From Planctomycetota bacterium (lineage in GTDB: Bacteria; Planctomycetota; UBA1135; UBA2386), in the NCBI GenBank assembly GCA_046290465.1, contig JBKAGP010000001.1:1088001-1152000 (forward strand): DNA of 64,000 nucleotides, read 5' to 3'. The position numbers and the translations under genes were made by a program. The notes beneath the pieces were generated by a model. That model was not told the DNA's origin. It did not search any database and worked only from the letters and a program-made list of their open reading frames with translations. Positions 9,674 to 20,203 of this stretch are shown one piece after another (positions within the stretch are counted from its first letter, which is position 1; the number at the start of each line of letters is the position of its first letter).

Positions 9674-12325
9674 ATGCCTGAGCACGACCGCATGCCCGCC
9701 GACGTCCGCGACCGCGAGCAGTCCGCGATCCGCGCCGCCTTCCTGGTGGCGCTGCTCGAGGATCGCGAACGGGGCCGCGAGCAGCCACTGGCGCACTACC
9801 AGCAGCGGTTTCCCGGCTTCGAGGCCGTCATCGCCGCCGAGTACGAGGCGTTCTCGGCCGAACCGGACGACGACGCCAGCGCCCCCGCGGGCCACCGGCT
9901 CCGCTACCGCTTCGACGGCGAACTCGGTCGCGGCGGCATGGGCGTGGTCCAGCGCGTGTTCGACCCGAGCCTGCACCGCTACCTGGCGCTCAAGCAGGCC
10001 AGGGCCGGCGCCGGCGAGGCCGAGATCGCGCGGTTCCTCGAAGAGGCGCGCGTCACCGCGCAGCTCGATCACCCCGGGGTCGTTGCGGTGCACGAGGTCG
10101 GTCGCGACGACTCGGGCGCGCCGTACTTCACCATGCCGATGGTGCGTGGCCGCACGTTCGCCGCGGAGATCGACGACCTGCACGCAGAGCAGCCGGCCGA
10201 TCCCGGCAACCGGGACCTGAGCCGCGCCCGCGTCGTCGACGTGCTGGCGCGCGTCTGCGACACGGTCGCGTTCGCCCACAGCCGGGGCGTCGTGCACCGC
10301 GACCTGAAGCCACAGAACGTCATGGTCGGCCGGTTCGGCGAGGTGTTCGTCGTCGACTGGGGACTGGCGCGCGCGCTCGGCCGTCCGGTGGCCGCGAGCC
10401 CCGACGACGCCGCCGATCGCATCGACGTCGCCGAGGTGCCAGCGCGCGACGATGCGACCGCGACGCCGCTGTGGACGATGGCCGGGGACGTGCTCGGCAC
10501 GCCGGCATACATGGCGCCCGAGCAGCTGCTCGGCAGCGGCGAGGTCTCGTGCAAGCTCGACGTCTACGCACTCGGCGCGATCCTCTACCACGCCCTCGCC
10601 GGCCACGCCCCGTACCACGAGTCGAACGCTCGCCCGGACGCCGGTTCGGTCGTCGAGCGCGCCGCTGCCGGGCCGCCGCCGCCGCTCGTCGATCGCGCGC
10701 CGGATGCGCCGCCAGAACTGGTCGCCATCTGCGAGCACGCGATGGCGCGCGATCCGGAGCGCCGCTACGCCGACGCTGAGGCGCTGCGCGCCGACCTGCG
10801 CGCGTTCGCCGACGGCCGCGTCGTGGCCGCCTACGAGCGCGGCAAGTGGGCCGAGCTGCGCAAGTGGGTCCGACGCAACCGCGCGATCACGTCTGCGGCG
10901 ATGGTCGCCGTGCTGGCCCTGGTGGTCGGCCTGATCGCGAGCCTCGTGCACGCCGACCGCGCCGACCGCAGCTTCCGCGACTCGGTGGACGCGGTCGATC
11001 GCATGCTGACCCGGGTCGCCGACGCCAAGCTGCGCAACGTGCCGGAGACGACCGCGATCCGACGCGACCTGCTGGCGGATGCGACCGGCTTCTTCGAACG
11101 CTTCGTCGCCCAGCGTCCCGACGACCTTTCGCTGCGGAAGCAGGCGGCGATCTCCTACTACCGGGTCGCGTCGCTGCACCAACTGCTCGGCGACGGCGAC
11201 CAGGCGATCGCGGCCAACGCGCGCTCGCTCGACCTGCTCGCCGCATCGCGACGCGCATCGCCGGGCGAGCCCGACCTGCTGTTCCACACGGCCAAGGCGT
11301 ACCTGCAGCGCGGCAGCAACCTCGCGGTAGAGGAGGATCCCGACCCGCTCGCGACCGCGCTGTCGTTCGCCGAGCGGCGCCTCGACGCTGGCCGCGATGG
11401 CGATCCGCTGGTGCTCGCCGGCCTCGCGCACGACGCGCTGGCGCTCCGGGCCTACCGCGCGCGGCACCTCGACGTCGCCGAACGTCACGCGCGCGCGTCG
11501 ATCGCGCTGGGCCAGGAGCTGCACCAGCGCTTCCCCGACCGCCCCTCTGCGCAATCGGCCAACCCGCACAGCCTGCTCGCCGGCATCCTCGCCGAACGCG
11601 GCGACACCGCCGGGTCGTCGCAGCAGCTGCAGCGGGCGATCACCGTGCGCCGCGCGTACCTCGCTCGCTTTCCGGACGCCGAGCTGCCGCGCAGCAAGCT
11701 CGCCGAGGCGCTGCGCAACCACGCCATCCTGTGCCACCAGCTGCGCGACGAACCGACCGCCGAGGCCAGCATCACCGAAGCGGTCACGCTGCGCGCCGGC
11801 ATCGCCGCGCAGAGTCCCGAGGTGCCGCGCAACCACGTCAAGCACGCCAACGCGCTCGTGCACCAGGCGCGCATTCGCTACGAGAACGGCGGCACCGACG
11901 ACGCGCTGGCCCAGACCGCCGCGGCCCAGGCCGCGCTGGCCCGGGCGCTCGCCCTCGCTCCCGACGACCGCAGCGCCGCCGCGGTCGGCTTCGACGCGCT
12001 GCGCGTTCGCCACCGCGCCTGGATGCGGCTCGAGCGCCCCGACGAGGTCGCGCAGACGGCGCGCGCGATCGCCGCGCTAGCCCGCCCGCCGGCACCGGCG
12101 TCATGGCGGTTCGAAGCGGCCTGCCAGCTCGGCGACGCGGTCCGGCTCTGCGACCGGCGGGCCGACGCGGACGCCGCGCAGGCGCAGCTGCGAGGCGAGC
12201 TTGCCGAGCAGGCCGTCACGTGGCTGCGGGCCCTGGTCGCCGATCAGGCCCTGGATCCTGCTCGGCTTGGCGACCCGCGCCTCGATCCGCTGCGCTTCCA
12301 CGCGGAGTTTCCATCGCCGCGCTGA
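9674..12325 (+). CDS. Hanks-type Ser/Thr protein kinase with TM helix and TPR-like C-terminus
   Basis: LGRGGMGVV, ALK, HRDLKPQN, VDWGLA, GTPAYMAPEQ, DVYALG; TM AMVAVLALVVGLIASLV. Confidence 0.93.
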   Translation: MPEHDRMPADVRDREQSAIRAAFLVALLEDRERGREQPLAHYQQRFPGFEAVIAAEYEAFSAEPDDDASAPAGHRLRYRFDGELGRGGMGVVQRVFDPSLHRYLALKQARAGAGEAEIARFLEEARVTAQLDHPGVVAVHEVGRDDSGAPYFTMPMVRGRTFAAEIDDLHAEQPADPGNRDLSRARVVDVLARVCDTVAFAHSRGVVHRDLKPQNVMVGRFGEVFVVDWGLARALGRPVAASPDDAADRIDVAEVPARDDATATPLWTMAGDVLGTPAYMAPEQLLGSGEVSCKLDVYALGAILYHALAGHAPYHESNARPDAGSVVERAAAGPPPPLVDRAPDAPPELVAICEHAMARDPERRYADAEALRADLRAFADGRVVAAYERGKWAELRKWVRRNRAITSAAMVAVLALVVGLIASLVHADRADRSFRDSVDAVDRMLTRVADAKLRNVPETTAIRRDLLADATGFFERFVAQRPDDLSLRKQAAISYYRVASLHQLLGDGDQAIAANARSLDLLAASRRASPGEPDLLFHTAKAYLQRGSNLAVEEDPDPLATALSFAERRLDAGRDGDPLVLAGLAHDALALRAYRARHLDVAERHARASIALGQELHQRFPDRPSAQSANPHSLLAGILAERGDTAGSSQQLQRAITVRRAYLARFPDAELPRSKLAEALRNHAILCHQLRDEPTAEASITEAVTLRAGIAAQSPEVPRNHVKHANALVHQARIRYENGGTDDALAQTAAAQAALARALALAPDDRSAAAVGFDALRVRHRAWMRLERPDEVAQTARAIAALARPPAPASWRFEAACQLGDAVRLCDRRADADAAQAQLRGELAEQAVTWLRALVADQALDPARLGDPRLDPLRFHAEFPSPR

Positions 12326-12346
12326 ACGACGCGGTATCGTCCGGGC

Positions 12347-12985
12347 GTGAGCCAGAGCCCCCACGACGCCACCACGATGCACGTCGCGCGTGCGGCCAAC
12401 GGCGATCGCGCCAGCGTCGAGTGGCTGGTCGCGCGGCTGTCGCCGCTGCTGCGCTCGCACGCCACCTACCGGCTCGGCAGCGTGCTGCGCCGCCACTACG
12501 ACCCGGACGACCTGGTGCACGATGCGTGGCTCGCGGTGCTGCCGCGCCTCGACGCGATCGGCACGGATGAAGCCCGCCGGCGCACCCCGGCGCTGCTGCG
12601 CTACCTCTGCAACACGATCGTCTACCGGATCGGCAAGCTGGCGCGACGGCACGCCCGCAACGGCGGCACCGGCGTCGCCGCACCCGATGCGGCACTGCCG
12701 GTCGACCTGCCGGCGGAGATCACCGGCGCCGTCACCCGCGCGGTTCGCGACGAACGACACGACCAGCTGCACACCTCGCTGGCCGAACTCGACGACGGCG
12801 ACCGCGAGATCGTGCTGCTGCGCGGGGTCGAACAGCTGTCGGCCAAGGCCACGGCGGCGATGCTCGGCATCGGCGTCGAAGCCGCGCACAAGCGCTACCA
12901 GCGGGCGCTCGCGAGGCTGCGGCAGCGGCTGCCGGACTCGGTCTTCGCCGAACTCGACGACTCCTCGACCGAATCGGCGGGCTGA
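12347..12985 (+). CDS. ECF sigma factor, kinase-associated type
   Basis: AANGDRAS, YDPDDLVHDAW, LDDGDREIVLLRGVEQLS..A..LG..RYQRALARLR; 21 bp after the STK gene. Confidence 0.88.
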   Translation: MSQSPHDATTMHVARAANGDRASVEWLVARLSPLLRSHATYRLGSVLRRHYDPDDLVHDAWLAVLPRLDAIGTDEARRRTPALLRYLCNTIVYRIGKLARRHARNGGTGVAAPDAALPVDLPAEITGAVTRAVRDERHDQLHTSLAELDDGDREIVLLRGVEQLSAKATAAMLGIGVEAAHKRYQRALARLRQRLPDSVFAELDDSSTESAG

Positions 12986-13056
12986 TATCTGCGGACCGGC
13001 CGGGCGTGACCGCTCGCTTACGTTCCGGCCGCCGCCGTTCGCTACGCTGCACGTCG

Positions 13057-14232
13057 ATGGTCCATCCTCCGCATTCCGTCCCCGCTGTCGTGGCCGCCGT
13101 GTTGCTGGCAGCGCTCGCGCCGGCGCAGTCGCGCCAGCAGGCCGTGGCGATCGGCACGGGTCCGCTGCTGTTGCTGCAGCAGGCGGGCGACGGTGGCGCC
13201 GTCGAGTGGCTCGTCGCCGATCTCGACGGCACCGGCCCGGCGCGCCCGTTCCTGCTCGGTGCAGCCGCGCTGACGCCGCTGCGTCGCATCGACCACGCGC
13301 ACCTGGTCGTGCAGCGCGGGGACCGGCTGTCGGTCCTGGATCTGCGCCGCGGCCGCGAGCGCGACCTCGCCGGCCGCAGCGTGCTGGCGGTGCACGGCGG
13401 CGCACTGCGCATGAGCAGTGGCCCGGGCCGCTCCGGCCGCATCCTCGAGCAGCCGTGGTCGACCGACGGCGAGGCGCGCCCGCTCTGCGAACGCGCATGG
13501 CGCGACCTGCACATCGACGGCGACCTCGCGTTCGGCCGCGCTGCCGAAGGCGACGGCCTCGTCCAGGTGTCGCTCGCGGACGGCAGCCATCGCGCCCTGC
13601 CCGGGGTGCCCGGAACCGCGCCGCGGTTCGCCCTGTCGACCGACCGACGGCTGCTGGCGATCGGCACGCTCGAGTACGGGCCAGGCCAGCTCGAACAGGG
13701 CCAGCTCAATCAGGCCCAGCGAGGCTGGGTGACGGTGATCGACCTGGCCGCGGATCGCATCGTCTGCCAGCTCGACGCCCAGCCCGGTGCGTTCCAGACC
13801 GCGATGCACGTGCGCTGGCGCGGCAACGACGCGGTGCGCTACGCCTGCGCGACCGGCCGCGGCTGGAACATCCCGCTGCAGTGCGTGACGTTCGACCTGA
13901 GCACCGAGCGCGTGCGCGAACGCAACGACACCCCCGACACCGCCGCCCCGCTGCGCGACAACGACCCACTGCTGGCGAGGCAGCTCGCCGAGCGCTGGCC
14001 GCACGACGGCGAACACGGTGCGTTCGTGGTGCGCGCCGGCGAGCTGCGCCGCAGAGACCACGTGCTGGCGACCAACGCACAGGACCGCGTGATGCTGGTC
14101 GACGATCGCCGGGCGCTGGTCATGCCCAAGACGCTGGGACCGTGCGCGGTGTTCGACACCGAGACGGATCGGCGGCGGCAGCTGACGGAGACGCCACCGA
14201 AGCGGGTGTTCGTGGTCGGCGCGGTGCACTGA
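13057..14232 (+). CDS. Hypothetical secreted protein, probably beta-rich/propeller-like
   Basis: Signal-like VVAAVLLAALAPAQ; typical GC3 codon bias; repeated short beta strands (VLDL, VIDL, TFDL, VFDT). Confidence 0.6.
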   Translation: MVHPPHSVPAVVAAVLLAALAPAQSRQQAVAIGTGPLLLLQQAGDGGAVEWLVADLDGTGPARPFLLGAAALTPLRRIDHAHLVVQRGDRLSVLDLRRGRERDLAGRSVLAVHGGALRMSSGPGRSGRILEQPWSTDGEARPLCERAWRDLHIDGDLAFGRAAEGDGLVQVSLADGSHRALPGVPGTAPRFALSTDRRLLAIGTLEYGPGQLEQGQLNQAQRGWVTVIDLAADRIVCQLDAQPGAFQTAMHVRWRGNDAVRYACATGRGWNIPLQCVTFDLSTERVRERNDTPDTAAPLRDNDPLLARQLAERWPHDGEHGAFVVRAGELRRRDHVLATNAQDRVMLVDDRRALVMPKTLGPCAVFDTETDRRRQLTETPPKRVFVVGAVH

Positions 14233-14367
14233 ACCGGAGCACCGGCAACCGCATCACGGCACGTGCCCCAGCTCGTTGTGCCGAATGTGCAACCCGGACC
14301 GCCCGACGCGCGGGGTCGTGGCCGGCTGCTACGCTCACCAGCCGATTCCTATCCCCGATACGACCCC

Positions 14368-15552
14368 ATGACGTCCCGACTCCTCACCGTGGCCGCCGTC
14401 GCCTTCGCGACCGCCGCCTTCGCGTCCGCCCAGATCAAGATCTCCGAAGCCTCCAACAGCAAGCTCCAGGCGGTTCGCAGCGCGCACGCCGCGCTCGAGA
14501 AGGCGCAGGCCGAGAGCCGGGAGAAGTCGCGCCCGCTGATGGAGAAGTACCGCGCCGCAGCGCGCGGCAGCGAAGAGCAGCGCGACCTGATCAAGCAGCT
14601 CAACGCCAACCGCGCGATGACCCGCAAGCCGACCGAGGCGTTCGAGCAGGCGTTCGCGGCGTGTGACTGGACCAGGCTGGACGCCGGCGACGACGCGGCC
14701 CTGCTGAAGGCGGGCCTGCCGTCGGTGATGGGCGACCTCGAGCATCCGGCGAAGGCGGTCGAGGCCTGCAAGTTCTACCTCGCCAACTACGGCGAGGAGC
14801 GCATGGCCGCTTCGGTCCGCTCGAGCCGCCTGCCCAACGCGCTGCTCGCCTGCGGCCACGCCGACGAGGCCGTCGCGGCGATCGAGAAGGCCTGCGAGGG
14901 CACCGAGGGCGCGGCGCTGGCGCGCCTGCAGCTGACGCTCGGCGACATCGCCGCAGCCAAGGGCGACCCGAAGGCGGCCGCGGCGCTCTACGCCGAAGCC
15001 GAGTCGAACGCCGACGAGCGCACGATGAGCTACGTCACGCTGCGCAAGAACCTGATCGGCAAGACCGCTCCGGACATCGACAGCAAGACCTGGATCGGCG
15101 GCGAGGCCAAGCCGCTCAGCGCCCACACCGGCAACGTCGTGCTGGTCGACTTCTGGGCCACCTGGTGCGGCCCGTGCCGCGCGGTCATGCCGGCCCTCAA
15201 CGAGCTCTACCAGCAGCACAAGGACCAGGGCCTGCGCGTGATCGGCCTGACGCGCTTCTACGCCAACGGCTACATGCCGGCCAACGCGGAGCAGATGCGC
15301 TCGGGCGGCGAGAGCGTGCGCGGCATCACCGAAGAGGACTTCGTCGGCCACGTCACCGCCTTCCGCGACAACACCGGCATCGCCTACCCGTTCGTGGTCG
15401 GTGAGAAGGAGGACTTCAGCAACTACTTCGTGCGCGGCATCCCGACGCTCGCCGTCGTCGACCGACAGGGCAAGATCGCGCTGATCACGGTCGGCAGCGG
15501 CAGCGAAGGCCTGCTGAAGTTCGCGATCGGCAAGCTGCTGGCCTCGAAGTAG
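14368..15552 (+). CDS. Secreted TlpA-family thiol-disulfide oxidoreductase with helical/TPR N-terminus
   Basis: Signal peptide; [35 protein letters not shown]. Confidence 0.9.
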   Translation: MTSRLLTVAAVAFATAAFASAQIKISEASNSKLQAVRSAHAALEKAQAESREKSRPLMEKYRAAARGSEEQRDLIKQLNANRAMTRKPTEAFEQAFAACDWTRLDAGDDAALLKAGLPSVMGDLEHPAKAVEACKFYLANYGEERMAASVRSSRLPNALLACGHADEAVAAIEKACEGTEGAALARLQLTLGDIAAAKGDPKAAAALYAEAESNADERTMSYVTLRKNLIGKTAPDIDSKTWIGGEAKPLSAHTGNVVLVDFWATWCGPCRAVMPALNELYQQHKDQGLRVIGLTRFYANGYMPANAEQMRSGGESVRGITEEDFVGHVTAFRDNTGIAYPFVVGEKEDFSNYFVRGIPTLAVVDRQGKIALITVGSGSEGLLKFAIGKLLASK

Positions 15553-15670
15553 GCCGGCAACTTGCAGAGGGGCCGACGGGCCACCCGTTCTTGGCCCATC
15601 CGGCCTGGGGCCGATCGCAATCCTGGAGCCAACCGGGAGTCCTGGCCCCGCAGCAGCGTCGCGTCGCGCG

Positions 15671-16786
15671 ATGAACGACGCGACGCTTGGCCGGGTGGCG
15701 ACAAGCCTGAGCCTCTGCCTCCTGATGTCCTGGTCGCCGTGCTGCACCGGACCGCAGAGACCTGCTTCCCCCCGCAGCTACGCCGACCACGAATCGGTGC
15801 GCTGCGCCTACCAGGACCGGCAGCAACGCATCTGGTTCGGCACCAACCACGAGGGCGTCTGGTGCTGGGACGGGCAGGACTTCACCCGCTACTCCCGCCA
15901 GGACGGTCTGCCAAGCGACCACATCAGCGCGATCACCGAGGACGACGTCGGCAACCTCTGGTTCGCGACGACGCGGGGCCTGAGCCGCTACGACGGCGAG
16001 CGCTTCGAATCGGTGGCGATCCCCTGGGACGGCAACGAGGATCTCTGGGGGCCCGGCCTCAACGCCAACGTCGTGCTCTGCCTGCTGTGCGATCGACGTG
16101 GCGACGTCTGGTTCGGAACCTGGGGCAACGGCGCGCATCGCTTCGACCCGTCGCGGCCGCGCGACGACGGCAGCTACACGTTCTCGAGCTTTCTGCAGGA
16201 TCGCGGCTCCACCTACGGAGAGGGAGAACACCGCAACGCCATCCAGAGCATCGTCGAGGACCATGACGGCAACGTCTGGCTGACGTCGATGAGCCATGGC
16301 GGCGTGTCGCGCTACCGCGACGGCTCGTTCGAACACTTCGGAATCGAGCAGGGACTCGGCGACGACATGGTGTTCTCGGCGCACGTCGACCGGCGCGGTT
16401 CGCTCTGGTTCGGCATGCTCGGCAACGACGGCGTGGCGGTGGCCCACTACGACGGCCAACGGTTCGAACGCTACTCCGTCGCCGACGGGCTCGGCAGCAA
16501 CAACGTGGTCGCCATCACCGAGCTGCGCGACGGCAGTATCTGGTTCGGCAGCCACCGCAGCGCACTGAGCCGCCTGCGGCGAAGCGGCGCCGCACCCGAC
16601 GACGGCAGACGGATCGAACCGGTCCGCATCGACGGGCGCACGTTCGAACGGATCCACTTCGTCTTCGAGGACGAGTCGGGCGCTGTCTGGTTCGGTGGCC
16701 ACCGCGGCCAGCTGTTCTGCCTGCGCGATGGCGAACGGACCGACCACACGCAGAAGCGGGGATCGGGTCGCCGGACGAAAGCGTGA
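15671..16786 (+). CDS. Stand-alone two-component-regulator propeller (Reg_prop) repeat protein
   Basis: Repeated I.ED..GN.WF.T..G.SRYDG and DGL.SN.V motifs; no kinase domain. Confidence 0.85.
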   Translation: MNDATLGRVATSLSLCLLMSWSPCCTGPQRPASPRSYADHESVRCAYQDRQQRIWFGTNHEGVWCWDGQDFTRYSRQDGLPSDHISAITEDDVGNLWFATTRGLSRYDGERFESVAIPWDGNEDLWGPGLNANVVLCLLCDRRGDVWFGTWGNGAHRFDPSRPRDDGSYTFSSFLQDRGSTYGEGEHRNAIQSIVEDHDGNVWLTSMSHGGVSRYRDGSFEHFGIEQGLGDDMVFSAHVDRRGSLWFGMLGNDGVAVAHYDGQRFERYSVADGLGSNNVVAITELRDGSIWFGSHRSALSRLRRSGAAPDDGRRIEPVRIDGRTFERIHFVFEDESGAVWFGGHRGQLFCLRDGERTDHTQKRGSGRRTKA

Positions 16787-16877
16787 CATCCCGTGGCGCA
16801 CATTCACCGCTTCGCGCGCCACCGACGACGGCCGCAGTCGTAATGTGCGGCCTCCTGCCCCCTGACACCGACATGAC

Positions 16878-17729
16878 ATGCGAAACACGATCCTCACGAC
16901 CCTCACGCTTCTGAGCACCGCAGTTGCCCAGGAGAGCAGTTGGCTCACCGACTTCGAAGCGGCCAAGGCCGCCGCCAAGAAGGAGCAGAAGGTGATCCTC
17001 GCCGACTTCACCGGCAGCGACTGGTGCGGCTGGTGCATCAAGCTGAAGGAAGAGGTCTTCAGCAAGCCCGAGTTCCAGAAGTGGGCCGACAAGAACGTCG
17101 TGCTGCTCGAGCTCGACTTCCCGCGCAAGACCGAGCTGCCCGCCGACCTCAAGAAGCAGAACGAGGCGCTGCGCAAGGAATACGGCGTGCGCGGCTACCC
17201 GACGGTGCTGTTCCTCGACGCCGAAGGCAAGCAGGTCGGCAAGAGCGGCTACGTGCGCGGCGGACCCAAGGCCTGGATCAAGAAGGCCGAAGAGCAGATC
17301 GGCGCGGCCGCCCGCGGCCACGACGCCTGGCTGACCGACTACGAGGACGCGCTGAAGCGCGCCAAGAAGGAGCGCAAGCTGGTGCTGGCCGACTTCACCG
17401 GCAGCGACTGGTGCGGCTGGTGCATCAAGCTGAAGGACGAGGTCTTCAGCAAGCAGGAGTGGCAGGAATGGGCGGCGGACCGCTTCATCCTGCTCGAGCT
17501 CGACTTCCCTCGCCGCAAGCCGCAGAGCGACGAGCTGAAGAAGCAGAACGCCGGCCTGCGCGACAAGCACGGCGTGCGCGGCTACCCGACGGTGCTGTTC
17601 CTCGACGCCAAGGGCAAGAAGGTCGGCAAGAGCGGCTACGTGCGCGGCGGACCGGAGGCCTGGATCAAGGCCGTCGAGAAGGAGCTCGGCTCCAAGCTGA
17701 AGAAGCGCAAGAAGCGCAAGAGCAAGTGA
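16878..17729 (+). CDS. Secreted thioredoxin-family protein with two tandem WCGWC domains
   Basis: Signal peptide; ADFTGSDWCGWCIKL and GVRGYPTVLFLD twice; Lys-rich tail. Confidence 0.9.
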   Translation: MRNTILTTLTLLSTAVAQESSWLTDFEAAKAAAKKEQKVILADFTGSDWCGWCIKLKEEVFSKPEFQKWADKNVVLLELDFPRKTELPADLKKQNEALRKEYGVRGYPTVLFLDAEGKQVGKSGYVRGGPKAWIKKAEEQIGAAARGHDAWLTDYEDALKRAKKERKLVLADFTGSDWCGWCIKLKDEVFSKQEWQEWAADRFILLELDFPRRKPQSDELKKQNAGLRDKHGVRGYPTVLFLDAKGKKVGKSGYVRGGPEAWIKAVEKELGSKLKKRKKRKSK

Positions 17730-17771
17730 TCCGAGCGCCCGGCGGCCAGACGGTCGCCGGGCGGTGCACCA

Positions 17772-18113
17772 TCACGTCACCTTGCGAACGAACTCGGACT
17801 TGAGCCCCATCGGTCCGATGCCGTCGATCTTGCAGTCGATGTCGTGGTCGCCGTCGACCAGCCGGATGTTGCGCACCTTGGTGCCGACCTTGACGGTCGC
17901 ACCCGCGCCCTTGACCTTGAGGTCCTTGACCACTGTCACGGTGTCGCCGTCCTGCAGCACGTTGCCGTTGGCATCGCGGACCAGCGCCGCCTCTCTCGCC
18001 GCCTGGGCGTCCGCCTCGCTCCACTCGTGGGCACACTCGGGACAGGTGTAGAGTTGTCGATCCAGGTAGGTGTAGGTCGACGAACACCTCGGGCACGGCG
18101 GCACTTCGCTCAT
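17772..18113 (-). CDS. yjdM: Zn-ribbon protein YjdM/PhnA family
   Basis: [57 protein letters not shown]. Confidence 0.93.
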   Translation of the reverse strand: MSEVPPCPRCSSTYTYLDRQLYTCPECAHEWSEADAQAAREAALVRDANGNVLQDGDTVTVVKDLKVKGAGATVKVGTKVRNIRLVDGDHDIDCKIDGIGPMGLKSEFVRKVT

Positions 18114-18171
18114 GCATCGAGTCTAGGCGGTCGCCGCACGCTTCGACCAGCGCGATCGCGGCCGTGCGGGC

Positions 18172-18759
18172 CTACGTCGAGCGCGGCGTCAGCCGTACGG
18201 CGAGGCGCGCCAACGCGCGGTGCAGCAGCATCCGGGTCGCGCCCGGAGACCTGCCGATCTCGGCGGCGATCTGTTCGTGGCCGAGCCCGAGGATCTTGGC
18301 CAGCGCGATGACCTGCACGTACTCGGCCGGCATCGCGTCGAACGCGCGCTCGAGCGCGTCGACCTCCTCGCGGGCGATCGCGGCGCGCGACGGCGACAGC
18401 AACGACGTGTAGCCGCTGAAGTACTCGACGCTGGTCCGGCACGGCCGTTCGCGCTGGATATCCCGACGCTGGCTGCGCCAGTGACGGCCGCGATCGCGCA
18501 GCTTGTTCTGCGCGGCCAGGAACAGCCACTTCTTGAACGCGCGTTCGCCCCGATACTCGAAGTCGTCGAGGTCCTGCAGCACCTCGCGGCAGACCGACTG
18601 CACCAGGTCCTCCCCGTCCTCGCGGCCAAGCAAGGCACAGCCGGCGCGCAGCCGCACGAACGCGTGCAGCTCCGGGAGGAAGCGGACCAACAGCGCGTCG
18701 AGCGCCGCCCGATCACCGGCCGAGACGTTCGCGACCAGCCGCCCGGTGTCGTCGCTCAT
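18172..18759 (-). CDS. ECF sigma factor
   Basis: AGDRAALDALL, EDLVQSV, FKKWL..A.NKLRD, SPS..A, GL.HEQIA..IGRS..A.RMLL.RAL. Confidence 0.88.
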   Translation of the reverse strand: MSDDTGRLVANVSAGDRAALDALLVRFLPELHAFVRLRAGCALLGREDGEDLVQSVCREVLQDLDDFEYRGERAFKKWLFLAAQNKLRDRGRHWRSQRRDIQRERPCRTSVEYFSGYTSLLSPSRAAIAREEVDALERAFDAMPAEYVQVIALAKILGLGHEQIAAEIGRSPGATRMLLHRALARLAVRLTPRST

Positions 18760-18802
18760 CGCAGGTCCTGCGGTCGGTGGTCGAAGAGTGGCCGGCGCCG
18801 CG

Positions 18803-20203
18803 CTACCAGATCCGGACCCCCGCGACGTTGCGCAGTTCGAGCGCGCCCGCCGAGACGATCATGCCCTGACAGAACACCCCATAGCCGACCAGCGAACCGT
18901 TGGCCGGGATCGGCAGCGTGATGGTCGCGCTACCGACCCCCTGGGCGGTCGTGATCAGCTGGGTGTCGTCGATCTGCAGCAGACCCGACGCGTTGGGCGA
19001 AGGCACTGCGAGCGGCAGCATCGCCGCCGAGAAGCCGATCACCCACAGCTGGTTGCTCTGCACCTCGAGGTCGACGCTGCCACCGAGCCCGGACACGCCG
19101 ACGCTCGCGACCGAGAAGTCGCTGTTCGAGGTCGCATCGAACGGCGCGGTCTTGTTCTGGATCTCGACGAAGTTGCTCTCGCCGTCGCCGTCGGCGTCCC
19201 CGATCGGCGCGGTGACCATCGCGTAGTGGAACGGCGTCTTGGCGGCGTCATGGCTGCCGATGCCCGACGCCCCGCCGAGCTCGAGGTCCGTGACGACCTC
19301 GACGAGCCCGGTCTGCGGGTCCAGGCGGCGCACCTGGCAGGCGGGACCGATGCCGGAGAACGTCAGCCGCTGCACGGCCACGATCCGCCCCTGGGTGTCC
19401 ACGGACAGGCCGTTGACATGCGGAGCGAAGCCATAGGTGTTCCGCACGGTGCCGTTGGCGGGATCGATCCGGTAGAGATCGCCGGACGTGTAGTCGCCGA
19501 CCCAGATGTCGCCGGCGGCGTCGTAGACGGGCCCGATGCCCCCTACCGCGTTGCTCGGCAGCGGGTAGCTGTGCAGTTCGACGCCGTTCTCGTCGAGCTC
19601 GAGCAGAGGGCCCACGTCACACGTCACCCAGATGTGGCTCTGTGCCAGCACGCCGCGGAAGTCGGCGATCGGCCGGACCGGGTTGGCCGCCGACAGCGCG
19701 TGGTTGGTGATCACGCCGGCCGCGTCGATGCACGTGATCGAACCCTGCACGTTGCGGTGCACGATCCACTTGTTGCCCAGCGCGTCGATCGTGATCCCGA
19801 GCGGGTTGGGCTGGGCCAGCGCATATGCCTGCACTAGGTTGCCCGCGCTGTCGAAGTGGCTGACGCCACCCCCGCCCGAGACCCAGGCGTCGCCCTGCGC
19901 ATCGAAGGCGATGTCGAACGGAGTGCCGACCGGAGAGGTCGCCGTCGTCAACGTGCCGGTCGCCGGATCCAGGATCTCGAAGTCCGGCTGGCCTTGCACG
20001 ACGACCCACACCTTGCCGTCGGGGGCGAGGTGGCAGCCGCGCGCGCCGACCCCGAGGTCGATGCGCCGCAGCACGCCGCCCCACGGGGCGACCTCCATCA
20101 GGTCCTTCGAAGCCGTATTGGCGACCCAGAAGCCGCGTTCCTGGGCGAGGGCGGTGGCGGCGACGACGAGCAGCGAACAGGCGGCGGACAACAGGCGAGA
20201 CAT
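18803..20203 (-). CDS. Secreted beta-propeller (Vgb/NHL-like) protein with DxDxDG motif and shared C-terminal domain
   Basis: Signal peptide MSRLLSAACSLLVVAATALAQ; repeats P.DIAFD.QGD.WV, P.GITID..GNKW; GDADGDGESN. Confidence 0.75.
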   Translation of the reverse strand: MSRLLSAACSLLVVAATALAQERGFWVANTASKDLMEVAPWGGVLRRIDLGVGARGCHLAPDGKVWVVVQGQPDFEILDPATGTLTTATSPVGTPFDIAFDAQGDAWVSGGGGVSHFDSAGNLVQAYALAQPNPLGITIDALGNKWIVHRNVQGSITCIDAAGVITNHALSAANPVRPIADFRGVLAQSHIWVTCDVGPLLELDENGVELHSYPLPSNAVGGIGPVYDAAGDIWVGDYTSGDLYRIDPANGTVRNTYGFAPHVNGLSVDTQGRIVAVQRLTFSGIGPACQVRRLDPQTGLVEVVTDLELGGASGIGSHDAAKTPFHYAMVTAPIGDADGDGESNFVEIQNKTAPFDATSNSDFSVASVGVSGLGGSVDLEVQSNQLWVIGFSAAMLPLAVPSPNASGLLQIDDTQLITTAQGVGSATITLPIPANGSLVGYGVFCQGMIVSAGALELRNVAGVRIW

